Shown here: positions 25,601-39,760 of the stretch, piece after piece
How the letters are laid out: each line of letters opens with the position of its first letter
How positions within the stretch are numbered: position 1 is the stretch's first letter
Source: Eledone cirrhosa
Taxonomy: Eukaryota
Direction: 5' to 3'
Length of the DNA stretch: 64,000 bases
NCBI GenBank assembly: GCA_964016885.1
Contig: OZ024744.1
Location: forward strand, 125,240,001 to 125,304,000
Made by a program: the position numbers and the translations under genes
The notes under the pieces: generated by a model
The model's database searches: none
What the model saw: the letters and a program-made list of their open reading frames with translations, nothing else
What the model was told of the DNA's origin: nothing

Positions 25601-27180
25601 CGCACATGTACCAGTAATTACAGATGGATCCCACCACGGGCGGCTGGCCCACGATCGAAAAGGTTACTCCGCCTGCAAACGGTCATTTTCGAATTAGTTT
25701 TCTTCGAAGCACACCATTCGCCGGCGGACTTCAGCTTCCTCATTTAGCATGGGCAGTTTTTCTTGAAAATCACACCACACACAGCAAATGTGTGTCCGCA
25801 CATGTACCAGTAATTACAGATCGATTCCGGTGAAAATTCACTGAAAACGGGCCATTCGGCCCTGTGCGTCGATCGTGGGCCGGCCGGATGTTGACGGATC
25901 GATGTGTAATTAGAAGTACATGTGCGGACACTCATTGGCTGTGCGTGGTATGCATTTCAGCAAGATATCTCCGTAACATCAAGAGTTATGGCTGTGGAGG
26001 CACACCTAGTCAAACGTAAACAAGCTCTGGAGCGTATACGCTTCGCGATTTTGTTTACGTTTGACTAGGTGTGCCTCCACAGCCACAACTCTTGATGTTA
26101 CGGAGATATCTTGCTGAAATGCATACCACGCACAGCCAATGAGTGTCCGCACATGTACTTCTAATTACACATCGATCCGTCAACATCCGGCCGGCCCACG
26201 ATCGACGCACAGGGCCGGATGGCCCGTTTGCAGTGAATTTTCACCGGAATCGATCTGTAATTACTGGTACATGTGCGGACACACATTTGCTGTGTGTGGT
26301 GTGATTTTCGAGAAAGACTGCCCATGCTAAATGAGGAAGCTGAAGTCCGCCGGCGAATGGTGTGCTTCGAAGAAAACTAATTCGAAAATGACTATTTGCC
26401 GGCGGAATCACCTTTTCGGTCCTGGTCCGGCCGGATCTTGCCGGATCGATCGGAAATTTGTGGACCATGTTCGGAAGGCCATTGTGCATGTGTGGTGAAA
26501 AAAATTTGTGTCGAAATCTTCTCGGAAAATAACGGATCGCCGGCGGAGATTGCCATTTCGATCGTGGGCCGGCCGGATCTTGTCGGATCGATTCGGACAT
26601 ATGTGCATCGTGTTCGCAAGGCCCTTGTCTATGTGTGGTGTGATTTTCATAAAGAAATTCCGAAAAACCCAGTTTTAAATCTGATTTCGCCAAAGAATTT
26701 TGGCTATCAGATCGGGTTGAAAGGTATGGTTTCAGGTCGATCTGAAAGTCTAAAATGGAATTCACTCGGTTAGCTAACTATTGATATATCGGAGATATCT
26801 TTCTGAAAATCACACCACACACTCCCAATGAGTGTCTGCACATGTACCAGTAATTACAGATGGATCCCACCACGGGCGGCCGGCCCACGATCGAAAAGGT
26901 TACTCCGAAGCACACCATTCGCCGGCGGACTTCATTTAGCATGGGCAGTTTTTCTTGAAGATCACACCACACACAGCCAATCAGTGTCCGCACATGTACC
27001 AGTAATTACAGATGGATCCCACTACGGGCGGCTGGCCCACGATCGAAAAGGTTACTCCGCCTGCAAACGGTCATTTTCGAATTCGTTTTCTTCGAAGCAC
27101 ACCATTCGCCGGCGGACTTCAGCTGCCTCATTTAGCATGGGCAGTTTTTCTCGAAAATCACACCACACACAGCCAATGAG
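16603..27180. repeat. Palindromic (foldback) higher-order satellite, array 1
   Basis: Symmetry centres at ~16925, 18705, 20485, 21873, 23261, 24649 and 26037, spaced 1780, 1780 and then 1388 four times (1388 + n x 196). The same ORFs appear on both strands. Confidence 0.95.
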
Positions 27181-27256
27181 TTTAAAATACTCACCGTTTG
27201 ATTTGGAAAAACTTAAAATGCTCACATATATATGTGTATGTATTTATCTATGCATG

Positions 27257-27302
<46 letters not shown>

Positions 27303-27778
27303 TATGTATTTATCTATGTATTTATCTATATGCATGGATATATATATATATATATATATTTATCTATGTATTTATCTATATGCATGGATATATATATATA
27401 TATATATGTATTTATCTATGCATGTATGAATATATAAAATATATATATATATATATGTGTGTATGTATTTATCTATGCATGTATGAATATATAAAATATA
27501 TATATATATATATATGTATGTATTTATCTATGCATGTATATATATATAAAATATATACATAAATATATATATATATGTATTTATCTATGCATGTGTGCAT
27601 ACATATATATATATATATGTATTTATCTATACATGTATGTATATATATATATATACATATATAAGTATTTATCTATACATGTATGTATATATATATATAC
27701 ATATATATGTATTTATCTATACATGTATGTATATATATATATATATATATGTATATAAGTATTTATCTATACATGTAT

Positions 27779-27811
<33 letters not shown>

Positions 27812-29441
27812 AGTATTTATCTATACATGTATGTATATATAAAATATTGTCATGTTTACAAAAATATTTTTCTAATATCGTGTTTAATATTTTCTATTGT
27901 CGTCTGCTTCTCTTCTCACGTGGTTACTTACTCTCTCACCCTCTCTCTCTTTCCCCTCTCATACAACCCCTTCTTTCTCTTTCTTTCCCCTCTCACACAA
28001 CCTCTTCTTTCTCTCTCTTTTTGCCAGTCCCTTCTCTCACTCTCTCTCCCTCTTCCTTTTTTATCTCTTTCTTTCTGTCTCTGTTTCCCTCCTATAGACA
28101 TTCTCTCTCTCTCTTTCTGCTCTCACTCAGCCTTCTCTCTCTTTCCCCTCTCACACAGTCTTCTCTCTCTCTCTTTCCCCTCTCACACAGCATTCTCTCT
28201 CTCTCTCTCTCTCTTTCCCCTCTCACACAGCATTCTCTCTCTCTCTCTCTCTCTCTTTATTTCCCCTCTCACACAGCCTTCTCTCTCTATCTATCTATCT
28301 CTCTCTCTGGAGATTTTTTAACACAAAGTCACACAAGGATTAGAAAAATGGCGATAATCACTTTGAAAGTAACAATTATGCAATAAATAGTTGTTATTGC
28401 CACGTCTCGTATCCTCCTTTGGCAATGTGTAAAATGTTAGCGAGATCGAGTGAACAATACACAAGTTATAATACTTTACAGACGGGACTTATACAGTAGA
28501 TGTAGCAAAATGCGTAGATTACGATTCTTGAGACGAGATTAAAATATACGATTAGGGGATACTTTAAGAAGACGAGTAGATGTTTGAGTAGATTTAGCTG
28601 CTTTTTCTAGCATTTTTAGTTATACTTTGAAGCACATTTTTTTTGTTACTATTATATTAAAAGTTATCTGGTTACGTTATTTGACTGGTATTTCTAGCAT
28701 TTTACAAGGACCACGTGTGTGTTTTATTTAAGGAAGATCTAGTTGTTATTTCTGATATTTTCTTCATCAAGTTAGTTGCTATTTCCTGCATCCTCTTGAA
28801 GACAAGAAATAATAATGAATTAGCTGCTGTTTCTAGTAGGTTCTATGGTAGTGATGAGCGTGGGAGGGAGGTTTGACTGCTATTTTTAGCAGGTTCTAAG
28901 GCATTGAGGTTTATGTTTTACGAGAGATTTGGCTGTTATTTCTAACATGTTATAATGGAGAGAGAGAGAGAGTATAAGATATACAGAGAGAGGGAGTATA
29001 AGATATAGAGAGAGGGGAAACGGCCGATGTTTACGTTGAGAAAACCTAATAAAATGTTATAAATGGGTTTATAAAGAATAGAATGAGATAAACAAGACAA
29101 AGTTAGATAAAATAAATCAGCTGTAAGGATATTATACGATATATTTATAATATTTTAATATATTTTTCCTGGTCGTCTGCTGCCATTGATAGAGAGAGGA
29201 GTGGTGGGAGGTAGCCATAACAACCGTGGTAGCAGCACTGAGGTTTGTTTTTAAAGAAGTGAATACAAGAAAAACAAGCAACTAAGAATATTAATCTCTT
29301 AAACCCTTCAAGATGTGTATGACAAGAAAGAAGACGTTTTAGAGTCGTATGACATAGATGATAACTGGAAATTCTTACGTGACAACTTACTGCAGGCTAC
29401 TGAAGAAACTTGTGGCTGGAGCAGAGCTCCGACCAGACAGA
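27181..29441. repeat. Duplicated block, copy 1: (TA)-rich and (CT)-rich microsatellites, AT-rich DNA, truncated RTE piece
   Basis: Near-identical to 33680-35950 (ORF 27198 matches 33697, 29315 matches 35824). Confidence 0.93.
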
Positions 29442-32400
29442 AGTACATGTGCGGACACTCATTGGCTGTGCGTGGTATGCATTTCAGCAAGATATCTCCG
29501 TAACATCAAGAGTTATGGCTGTGGAGGCACACCTAGTCAAACGTAAACAAGCTCTGGAGCGTATACGCTTCGCGATTTTGTTTACGTTTGACTAGGTGTG
29601 CCTCCACAGCCACAACTCTTGATGTTACGGAGATATCTTGCTGAAATGCATACCACGCACAGCCAATGAGTGTCCGCACATGTACTTCTAATTACACATC
29701 GATCCGTCAACATCCGGCCGGCCCACGATCGACGCACAGGGCCGGATGGCCCGTTTGCAGTGAATTTTCACCGGAATCGATCTGTAATTACTGGTACATG
29801 TGCGGACACACATTTGCTGTGTGTGGTGTGATTTTCACGAAAAACTGCCCATGCTAAATGAGGAAGCTGAAGTCCGCCGGCGAATGGTGTGCTTCGAAGA
29901 AAACTAATTCGAAAATGACCGTTTGCAGGCGGAGTAACCTTTTCGATCGTGGGCCAGCCGCCCGTGGTGGGATACATCTGTAATTACTGGTACATGTGCG
30001 GACACACATTTGCTGTGTGTGGTGTGATTTTCGAGAAAGACTGCCCATGCTAAATGAGGAAGCTGAAGTCCGCCGGCGAATGGTGTGCTTCGAAGAAAAC
30101 TAATTCGAAAATGACTATTTGCCGGCGGAATCACCTTTTCGGTCCTGGTCCGGCCGGATCTTGCCGGATCGATCGGAAATTTGTGGACCATGTTCGGAAG
30201 GCCATTGTGCATGTGTGGTGAAAAAAATTTGTGTCGAAATCTTCTCGGAAAATAACGGATCGCCGGCGGAGATTGCCATTTCGATCGTGGGCCGGCCGGA
30301 TCTTGTCGGATCGATTCGGACATATGTGCATCGTGTTCGCAAGGCCCTTGTCTATGTGTGGTGTGATTTTCATAAAGAAATTCCGAAAAACCCAGTTTTA
30401 AATCTGATTTCGCCAAAGAATTTTGGCTATCAGATCGGGTTGAAAGGTATGGTTTCAGGTCGATCTGAAAGTCTAAAATGGAATTCACTCGGTTAGCTAA
30501 CTATTGATATATCGGAGATATCTTTCTGAAAATCACACCACACACTCCCAATGAGTGTCTGCACATGTATCAGTAATTACAGATGGATCCCACCACGGGC
30601 GGCCGGCCCACGATCGAAAAGGTTACTCCGAAGCACACCATTCGCCGGCGGAATTCATTTAGCATGGGCAGTTTTTCTCGAAAATCACACCACACACAGC
30701 CAATGAGTGTCCGCACATGTACCAGTAATTACAGATGGATCCCACCACGGGCGGCTGGCCCACGATCGAAAAGGTTACTCCGCCTGCAAACGGTCATTTT
30801 CGAATTCGTTTTCTTCGAAGCACACGATTCGCCGGCGGACTTCAGCTGCCTCATTTAGCATGGGCAGTTTTTCTCGAAAATCACACCACACACAGCAAAT
30901 GTGTGTCCGCACATGTACCAGTAATTACAGATCGATTCCGGTGAAAATTCACTGAAAACGGGCCATTCGGCCCTGTGCGTCGATCGTGGGCCGGCCGGAT
31001 GTTGACGGATCGATGTGTAATTAGAAGTACATGTGCGGACACTCATTGGCTGTGCGTGGTATGCATTTCAGCAAGATATCTCCGTAACATCAAGAGTTAT
31101 GGCTGTGGAGGCACACCTAGTCAAACGTAAACAAGCTCTGGAGCGTATACGCTTCGCGATTTTGTTTACGTTTGACTAGGTGTGCCTCCACAGCCACAAC
31201 TCTTGATGTTACGGAGATATCTTGCTGAAATGCATACCACGCACAGCCAATGAGTGTCCGCACATGTACTTCTAATTACACATCGATCCGTCAACATCCG
31301 GCCGGCCCACGATCGACGCACAGGGCCGGATGGCCCGTTTGCAGTGAATTTTCACCGGAATCGATCTGTAATTACTGGTACATGTGCGGACACACATTTG
31401 CTGTGTGTGGTGAGATTTTCGAGAAAGACTGCCCATGCTAAATGAGGAAGCTGAAGTCCGCCGGCGAATGGTGTGCTTCGAAGAAAACTAATTCGAAAAT
31501 GACTATTTGCCGGCGGAATCACCTTTTCGGTCCTGGTCCGGCCGGATCTTGCCGGATCGATCGGAAATTTGTGGACCATGTTCGGAAGGCCATTGTGCAT
31601 GTGTGGTGAAAAAAATTTGTGTCGAAATCTTCTCGGAAAATAACGGATCGCCGGCGGAGATTGCCATTTCGATCGTGGGCCGGCCGGATCTTGTCGGATC
31701 GATTCGGACATATGTGCATCGTGTTCGCAAGGCCCTTGTCTATGTGTGGTGTGATTTTCATAAAGAAATTCCGAAAAACCCAGTTTTAAATCTGATTTCG
31801 CCAAAGAATTTTGGCTATCAGATCGGGTTGAAAGGTATGGTTTCAGGTCGATCTGAAAGTCTAAAATGGAATTCACTCGGTTAGCTAACTATTGATATAT
31901 CGGAGATATCTTTCTGAAAAGCACACCACACACTCCCAATGAGTGTCTGCACATGTACCAGTAATTACAGATGGATCCCACCACGGGCGGCCGGCCCACG
32001 ATCGAAAAGGTTACTCCGAAGCACACCATTCGCCGGCGGAATTCATTTAGCATGGGCAGTTTTTCTCGAAAATCACACCACACACAGCCAATGAGTGTCC
32101 GCACATGTACCAGTAATTACAGATGGATCCCACCACGGGCGGCTGGCCCACGATCGAAAAGGTTACTCCGCCTGCAAACGGTCATTTTCGAATTCGTTTT
32201 CTTCGAAGCACACGATTCGCCGGCGGACTTCAGCTGCCTCATTTAGCATGGGCAGTTTTTCTCGAAAATCACACCACACACAGCAAATGTGTGTCCGCAC
32301 ATGTACCAGTAATTACAGATCGATTCCGGTGAAAATTCACTGAAAACGGGCCATTCGGCCCTGTGCGTCGATCGTGGGCCGGCCGGATGTTGACGGATCG

Positions 32401-33679
32401 ATGTGTAATTAGAAGTACATGTGCGGACACTCATTGGCTGTGCGTGGTATGCATTTCAGCAAGATATCTCCGTAACATCAAGAGTTATGGCTGTGGAGGC
32501 ACACCTAGTCAAACGTAAACAAGCTCTGGAGCGTATACGCTTCGCGATTTTGTTTACGTTTGACTAGGTGTGCCTCCACAGCCACAACTCTTGATGTTAC
32601 GGAGATATCTTGCTGAAATGCATACCACGCACAGCCAATGAGTGTCCGCACATGTACTTCTAATTACACATCGATCCGTCAACATCCGGCCGGCCCACGA
32701 TCGACGCACAGGGCCGGATGGCCCGTTTGCAGTGAATTTTCACCGGAATCGATCTGTAATTACTGGTACATGTGCGGACACACATTTGCTGTGTGTGGTG
32801 AGATTTTCGAGAAAGACTGCCCATGCTAAATGAGGAAGCTGAAGTCCGCCGGCGAATGGTGTGCTTCGAAGAAAACTAATTCGAAAATGACTATTTGCCG
32901 GCGGAATCACCTTTTCGGTCCTGGTCCGGCCGGATCTTGCCGGATCGATCGGAAATTTGTGGACCATGTTCGGAAGGCCATTGTGCATGTGTGGTGAAAA
33001 AAATTTGTGTCGAAATCTTCTCGGAAAATAACGGATCGCCGGCGGAGATTGCCATTTCGATCGTGGGCCGGCCGGATCTTGTCGGATCGATTCGGACATA
33101 TGTGCATCGTGTTCGCAAGGCCCTTGTCTATGTGTGGTGTGATTTTCATAAAGAAATTCCGAAAAACCCAGTTTTAAATCTGATTTCGCCAAAGAATTTT
33201 GGCTATCAGATCGGGTTGAAAGGTATGGTTTCAGGTCGATCTGAAAGTCTAAAATGGAATTCACTCGGTTAGCTAACTATTGATATATCGGAGATATCTT
33301 TCTGAAAAGCACACCACACACTCCCAATGAGTGTCTGCACATGTACCAGTAATTACAGATGGATCCCACCACGGGCGGCCGGCCCACGATCGAAAAGGTT
33401 ACTCCGAAGCACACCATTCGCCGGCGGAATTCATTTAGCATGGGCAGTTTTTCTCGAAAATCACACCACACACAGCCAATGAGTGTCCGCACATGTACCA
33501 GTAATTACAGATGGATCCCACCACGGGCGGCTGGCCCACGATCGAAAAGGTTACTCCGCCTGCAAACGGTCATTTTCGAATTCGTTTTCTTCGAAGCACA
33601 CGATTCGCCGGCGGACTTCAGCTGCCTCATTTAGCATGGGCAGTTTTTCTCGAAAATCACACCACACACAGCCAATGAG
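29439..33679. repeat. Palindromic higher-order satellite, array 2
   Basis: Centres at ~29564, 31148 and 32536, spaced 1584 (1388+196) and 1388. It ends at the same junction CAGCCAATGAGT|TTAAAATAC as array 1. Confidence 0.95.
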
Positions 33680-33755
33680 TTTAAAATACTCACCGTTTGA
33701 TTTGGAAAAACTTAAAATGCTCACATATATATGTGTATGTATTTATCTATGCATG

Positions 33756-33801
<46 letters not shown>

Positions 33802-34277
33802 TATGTATTTATCTATGTATTTATCTATATGCATGGATATATATATATATATATATATTTATCTATGTATTTATCTATATGCATGGATATATATATATAT
33901 ATATATGTATTTATCTATGCATGTATGAATATATAAAATATATATATATATATATGTGTGTATGTATTTATCTATGCATGTATGAATATATAAAATATAT
34001 ATATATATATATATGTATGTATTTATCTATGCATGTATATATATATAAAATATATACATAAATATATATATATATGTATTTATCTATGCATGTGTGCATA
34101 CATATATATATATATATGTATTTATCTATACATGTATGTATATATATATATATACATATATAAGTATTTATCTATACATGTATGTATATATATATATACA
34201 TATATATGTATTTATCTATACATGTATGTATATATATATATATATATATGTATATAAGTATTTATCTATACATGTAT

Positions 34278-34310
<33 letters not shown>

Positions 34311-35950
34311 AGTATTTATCTATACATGTATGTATATATAAAATATTGTCATGTTTACAAAAATATTTTTCTAATATCGTGTTTAATATTTTATATTGTC
34401 GTCTGCTTCTCTTCTCACGTGGTTACTTACTCTCTCACCCTCTCTCTCTTTCCCCTCTCATACAACCCCTTCTTTCTCTTTCTTTCCCCTCTCACACAAC
34501 CTCTTCTTTCTCTCTCTTTTTGCCAGTCCCTTCTCTCACTCTCTCTCCCTCTTCCTTTTTTATCTCTTTCTTTCTGTCTCTGTTTCCCTCCTATAGACAT
34601 TCTCTCTCTCTCTTTCTGCTCTCACTCAGCCTTCTCTCTCTCTCTCTCTCTTTCCCCTCTCACACAGTCTTCTCTCTCTCTCTTTCCCCTCTCACACAGC
34701 ATTCTCTCTCTCTCTCTCTTTCCCCTCTCACACAGCATTCTCTCTCTCTCTCTCTCTCTCTCTCTTTATTTCCCCTCTCACACAGCCTTCTCTCTCTATC
34801 TATCTATCTCTCTCTCTGGAGATTTTTTAACACAAAGTCACACAAGGATTAGAAAAATGGCGATAATCACTTTGAAAGTAACAATTATGCAATAAATAGT
34901 TGTTATTGCCACGTCTCGTATCCTCCTTTGGCAATGTGTAAAATGTTAGCGAGATCGAGTGAACAATACACAAGTTATAATACTTTACAGACGGGACTTA
35001 TACAGTAGATGTAGCAAAATGCGTAGATTACGATTCTTGAGACGAGATTAAAATATACGATTATGGGATACTTTAAGAAGACGAGTAGATGTTTGAGTAG
35101 ATTTAGCTGCTTTTTCTAGCATTTTTAGTTATACTTTGAAGCACATTTTTTTTGTTACTATTATATTAAAAGTTATCTGGTTACGTTATTTGACTGGTAT
35201 TTCTAGCATTTTACAAGGACCACGTGTGTGTTTTATTTAAGGAAGATCTAGTTGTTATTTCTGATATTTTCTTCATCAAGTTAGTTGCTATTTCCTGCAT
35301 CCTCTTGAAGACAAGAAATAATAATGAATTAGCTGCTGTTTCTAGTAGGTTCTATGGTAGTGATGAGCGTGGGAGGGGGGTTTGACTGCTATTTTTAGCA
35401 GGTTCTAAGGCATTGAGGTTTATGTTTTACGAGAGATTTGGCTGTTATTTCTAACATGTTATAATGGAGAGAGAGAGAGAGTATAAGATATACAGAGAGA
35501 GGGAGTATAAGATATAGAGAGAGGGGAAACGGCCGATGTTTACGTTGAGAAAACCTAATAAAATGTTATAAATGGGTTTATAAAGAATAGAATGAGATAA
35601 ACAAGACAAAGTTAGATAAAATAAATCAGCTGTAAGGATATTATACGATATATTTATAATATTTTAATATATTTTTCCTGGTCGTCTGCTGCCATTGATA
35701 GAGAGAGGAGTGGTGGGAGGTAGCCATAACAACCGTGGTAGCAGCACTGAGGTTTGTTTTTAAAGAAGTGAATACAAGAAAAACAAGCAACTAAGAATAT
35801 TAATCTCTTAAACCCTTCAAGATGTGTATGACAAGAAAGAAGACGTTTTAGAGTCGTATGACATAGATGATAACTGGAAATTCTTACGTGACAACTTACT
35901 GCAGGCTACTGAAGAAACTTGTGGCTGGAGCAGAGCTCCGACCAGACAGA
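33680..35950. repeat. Duplicated block, copy 2
   Basis: Near-identical to 27181-29441. Here the RTE sequence continues past the breakpoint. Confidence 0.93.
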
Positions 35951-36420
35951 GAGTGACCTGGTGGTGGGACAACACGGTAGATAAGGCCATTAGAGACAAA
36001 AGACTAGCATGGAACACTTGAAAAAATGGTGGGAGTAGAGACCGATACACAGCTGCTAAGAGAGAAGCTAGACGTCAGATGTACTTAGCACGCACGGAGG
36101 CTGAGAGTAGGAGGTTTGCCAATGTTCTGTGATGGGAAGATCAGAGGCGTGCGGTGTTCCACATTGCAAGGCATGGTGTCAGTGTAAATCAGGATGTTGT
36201 TGGAGATAAGTGTATCCGGAATGATGCCAGTGTACTTGGTGTCACGAATGATCAAAAAAAGGAGGCCTGGAAATATCATTATGAGAGGCTGATGAATTGT
36301 GGAGAATGAATGGGAGAGAGGGAAACTATCCCCAGTAGACTCAACAGAGGGACCAGCTATTGAGATTGGGGAATATAGGGTACAAGAGGCAATTAAGGAA
36401 ATGAAGAATGGCAAGGCTAC
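35790..36420 (+). mobile_element. Decayed RTE LINE (linker between endonuclease and RT)
   Basis: NWKFLRDNLLQATEETCGW...TWWWDNTVDKAIRDKR and EAIKEMKNGKA, with stops. Confidence 0.8.
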
Positions 36421-36426
36421 ATTTAA

Positions 36427-36647
36427 CCCTTTAGCATTTAAACCAGCCATACCTAGCCAGAATACTCTCACATCTTTCTGTTCAAACCAGCCATAACTGG
36501 CCACTCATACTGACGTTAAGGTATTGTTCTCAATATAAATAATATCAAAATCTCATAGATTCGATATTATATGAGATAATTATGTAAGATAAAGCCTTTA
36601 CCACAAAAATACAATAGTATATATAGAGTAATAAAAATGCTAAAGGG
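36427..36647. mobile_element. piggyBac-like MITE
   Basis: 13-bp TIRs CCCTTTAGCATTT and AAATGCTAAAGGG, flanked by TTAA and TAAA. Confidence 0.75.
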
Positions 36648-36929
36648 TAAAAGTAGCTTATTATTTTGTGAGCTCTTGCTACTTATTGCTCTTGTGCATC
36701 AAGAACATACACAGCTTACATTTTGTTGCTAATCTCACTGAGATCCAACTACATCTCTTGTTTATCCATAGTTTGGAATTTCTACCTACTCCTTTCCTTT
36801 AGAATGATCAAGGCCATTTTCTTGTGGGGATCTAGGCCCTGTTTTCCTTTCTATTTTGCCAAGTTATCTTACATCACTTTCATTCTAGACCATGCTTCCA
36901 GGTTTGGAATTTCTCCTCTAATTTTACCA

Positions 36930-38465
36930 CAGATTAAGTGACAAGGGTTCAATCATGTGCATACAGGAGTTCCCATGGACAGCCAGTAATATGTAATAGC
37001 CTGCAGGATGATAATAAACAGAAGAGGGTTAATTACAGAGCCCTGATAGAGGGTTAATAACAGAGCCCTGATAGACTTGTTCACTCAACTCCTCACTATA
37101 GCCATCATTACTTTTAACCTTACTGACTGCTCCTCCATACATGGCTTTTACTGCTCTCACAAGCCACTCATATACCCCTAGTTTTCTAAGTTATACACCA
37201 GATTAGGGAAGGGGGAAGTCTCACAGAAGCTCTCTCTGGGTCAACAAATGCCAAGTAGAGGGGCTTATTTTAGCTAGGTACTACTCTTGCAGTTGCCACA
37301 CAAGGAAGAGGACATCAGTGGTACTTTTACCTGGCACAAATCCAAACTTCATCTCATCTAGGTTAACTTGGTCCCTAATCAGCTGTGTTATAAATCTAAC
37401 ACCTTCATGAAGTGGTCCATCTAATATCTCTATAGTTTTCTAGCTCTAGTACATCTCCTTTGCCCTTGTAGCAGTTGATGATGATGATACTACACCATTT
37501 ATTTGGTATGACACCATTTTGTATTACATGCTGTACGATACCAGTGGTTAAGATGTGACCCACCATCCCAGATACTTTCAGTATCTCAGCAACTATCACC
37601 AATGGACAAGATACTTTCTCTGTCTTCATATCCTTAATTACCTTACTTCATATCCTTAATTACCTTACTGCTTACTTGTATGGCTGGACCCTCTGTTGGG
37701 CCCACTTTCCGTAGACTATCTTCCTCCCATGCATTCTCCTCATTCAGTAATCTTTCATAAAGGCATTTCCATGTTACAAAGGTTGGCTGAAAAGTTCATA
37801 GACTATCAATGATAGCATGATGCTAGAGCTGTGAAATCTTGCCTGCATTAATTTCAACTCTTCTTATTAATAACTGCATTGTTTCCTTCCAGGGACTATG
37901 TTGAAAAATAAACCTCATTTGGTCATTCCATGAGTGTATCTTGGTCTGCCTATGAACTTTTCAGCTGACCCTATTCAGCATCAGTGAGCCCAAATGCCCC
38001 ATTATCATCCTGGACACACTTTACCCCAACATCACAATTTGCCCTCACACACTGCCTCACAATCCTGAACATCTCATGTATTTCATCCTCACATCATAAA
38101 ACCAACTGAAATTATATATTCTCTGCTTCCCTCCTTGCAAAGAATACTTCTTGCCTAGCTTCCTGTAGTGTACCCTCCAGCTGCCTCCATTCTGCCATTA
38201 TTCCATGCCTGTCTCTTGGCCTTAACTGTCTCATCTACCCTAGTGTTTCACCACCAAGATACTCTCCTCTCTGAAGCCCTGCTCCAGCCACAGATCTAGT
38301 TTGACACCTTCAGCAAAGGTTCTTTAAGGAACTCCCACTGTTCCCCTATATTGTATGTTTCTATTTGTTCTTCCTTACTGTTGTAAAGATCAAACAAAAT
38401 ATCTCTAAATTTGGAACTGGCTGAGGGGTCCTTTAACTTCCATATCCTTCTCCTCCAAGTTGCCC
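36930..38465 (-). mobile_element. Decayed RTE LINE interrupted by a MITE
   Basis: IVAEILK...IPNKWCSIIIINCYKGKGDVLELENYRDI and nearby decayed RT motifs on the minus strand. Confidence 0.8.
37775..37973. mobile_element. Tc1/mariner-like MITE
   Basis: Inverted ends GGTTGGCTGAAAAGTTCATAG and CTATGAACTTTTCAGCTGACC with TA near both ends. A related reversed partial copy lies at ~50190-50330. Confidence 0.7.
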
Positions 38466-38685
38466 TCAGTCTTCAAGTTCATCTAAGTCTATGAAATCAC
38501 TAACTACTGGGTTATGTTGGGAGGTGCATTCTTCCCCAGGGGGTGGGGATTGTGTGTTTACAAATGTCAATATCTCATCTTCTGGTGAGGATAAAAATCT
38601 GACTGGCATGCTCCTCTGACCAATAGGTGTTGAAGTGGTTGTCGGGTAAACGTTAAGACCCTCTGATATACATATATATATATAT

Positions 38686-38735
38686 ACTAGCAGTGGTACC
38701 CGGCGTTGCACGGGATAACGTATTTCGGAACGCGG
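38686..38735 (+). mobile_element. End of a Helentron/DINE-like non-autonomous element
   Basis: ACTAG..TACCCGGCGTTGCACGGG short fold-back placed after a TA run. Confidence 0.45.
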
Positions 38736-38989
38736 GCCGCCATCTTCCACTTCAGCCGGTCGCCCTAAAGTGTTGGCTATTCAGTCTACTTGAGGCCAGT
38801 TGGTGAGGGGGGGTAAAGCTTTCAGTGTGCTACTACCCTCACGGTCAAATAGAAAGGGAGAGGAAGAAAAGTCAGCGTTAATATCGTGCTACACGTTTGA
38901 AAGGTTGGATGACCTTAGAGTTCACCAGGGTGGGGGGTTCTAAAAGTATCTATCTTGGTATTTTATCTTAGAAGTAATCATTACAGAGT

Positions 38990-39760
38990 GTACTGGGTGT
39001 ATTTTAGTGGGCAGTAATTCCATAAAGAACACAGTATAATCTGTGGACACAAGCCTTGCAGTGTGATTACAGGCAGGTTAATGGGAAAGATAGATTATAT
39101 ATGTGACATGATGTACATGAGAAGTGAGGACACAGACCACACATGAAATAGATTCCTACAACTGTCAGGGAGGCTCCCTAGAATTACAGATGACATATTT
39201 CAATATCTCGGTGATCAAGTTAGCAGTGGAGGAAGAATCTCTAAAAGTGTAATACCCAGGATAAGGACAGGCTGGAAGAAGTTTAGAGTACTGTTCCATC
39301 TGTTGACAACAAAGGGCTTCTCTCTCAGAATGGAGGCTAGACTGCTTGATACTTATGTGTGGTCTGCAATCTACACCCCAGCCATGCCCCTTCCACTACC
39401 ACTCCTTAGCTATTTCTCTCCATTAATACTCCTCACATTTCAAGCAGTTTTCTCATCTCAATGAAAGAAAAATATTGGGCTCAAGAGAAGTCTTCAGTTA
39501 TGCCATGGTGTGGCAACCTCCCTAGGGTTGGGCAGAGTGTAAATGAGAGTGAAATTAGGTATGAGAGGGATCAGATGCAGTATACAAGAGAGTAGATTAC
39601 ATTGGTATGGTCATGTGATGGGTATAAAGGATGACAGCTGTATAAAAATGTGCTGGGCAATCAAAGTTGATGGAAGTTATGAAGGCGGAAGACCTAGGAT
39701 GAGGTGATAAAAGATGACTTTGCACAATTGCAACTCTCAAAGACAATGACACAGGATAGA
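38990..39760 (+). mobile_element. Decayed RTE LINE 3' part
   Basis: Broken FQYLGDQ, RIRTGWKKF, RLHWYGHV and GRPR-type motifs. Confidence 0.7.

Larger units (their letters stand above)
36419..38692. repeat. 2.27-kb dispersed duplication, copy 1
   Basis: Near-identical to 40487-42760 (offset 4068). Confidence 0.95.

Noticed and set aside
27198-28386. YI-rich and SL-rich ORFs (also 33697-34895, 44042-45180, 48057-48606)
   Set aside because: Translations of TA, CA and CT microsatellites. The exception is the CR1 ORF1 remnant at 48057-48209.
16603-33679. ORFs in the palindromic satellite, and a hairpin-ended viral replicative concatemer
   Set aside because: The ORFs mirror on both strands with no domains. 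The asymmetric centres keep one orientation in every unit (no flip-flop) and no Rep or resolvase gene is present.
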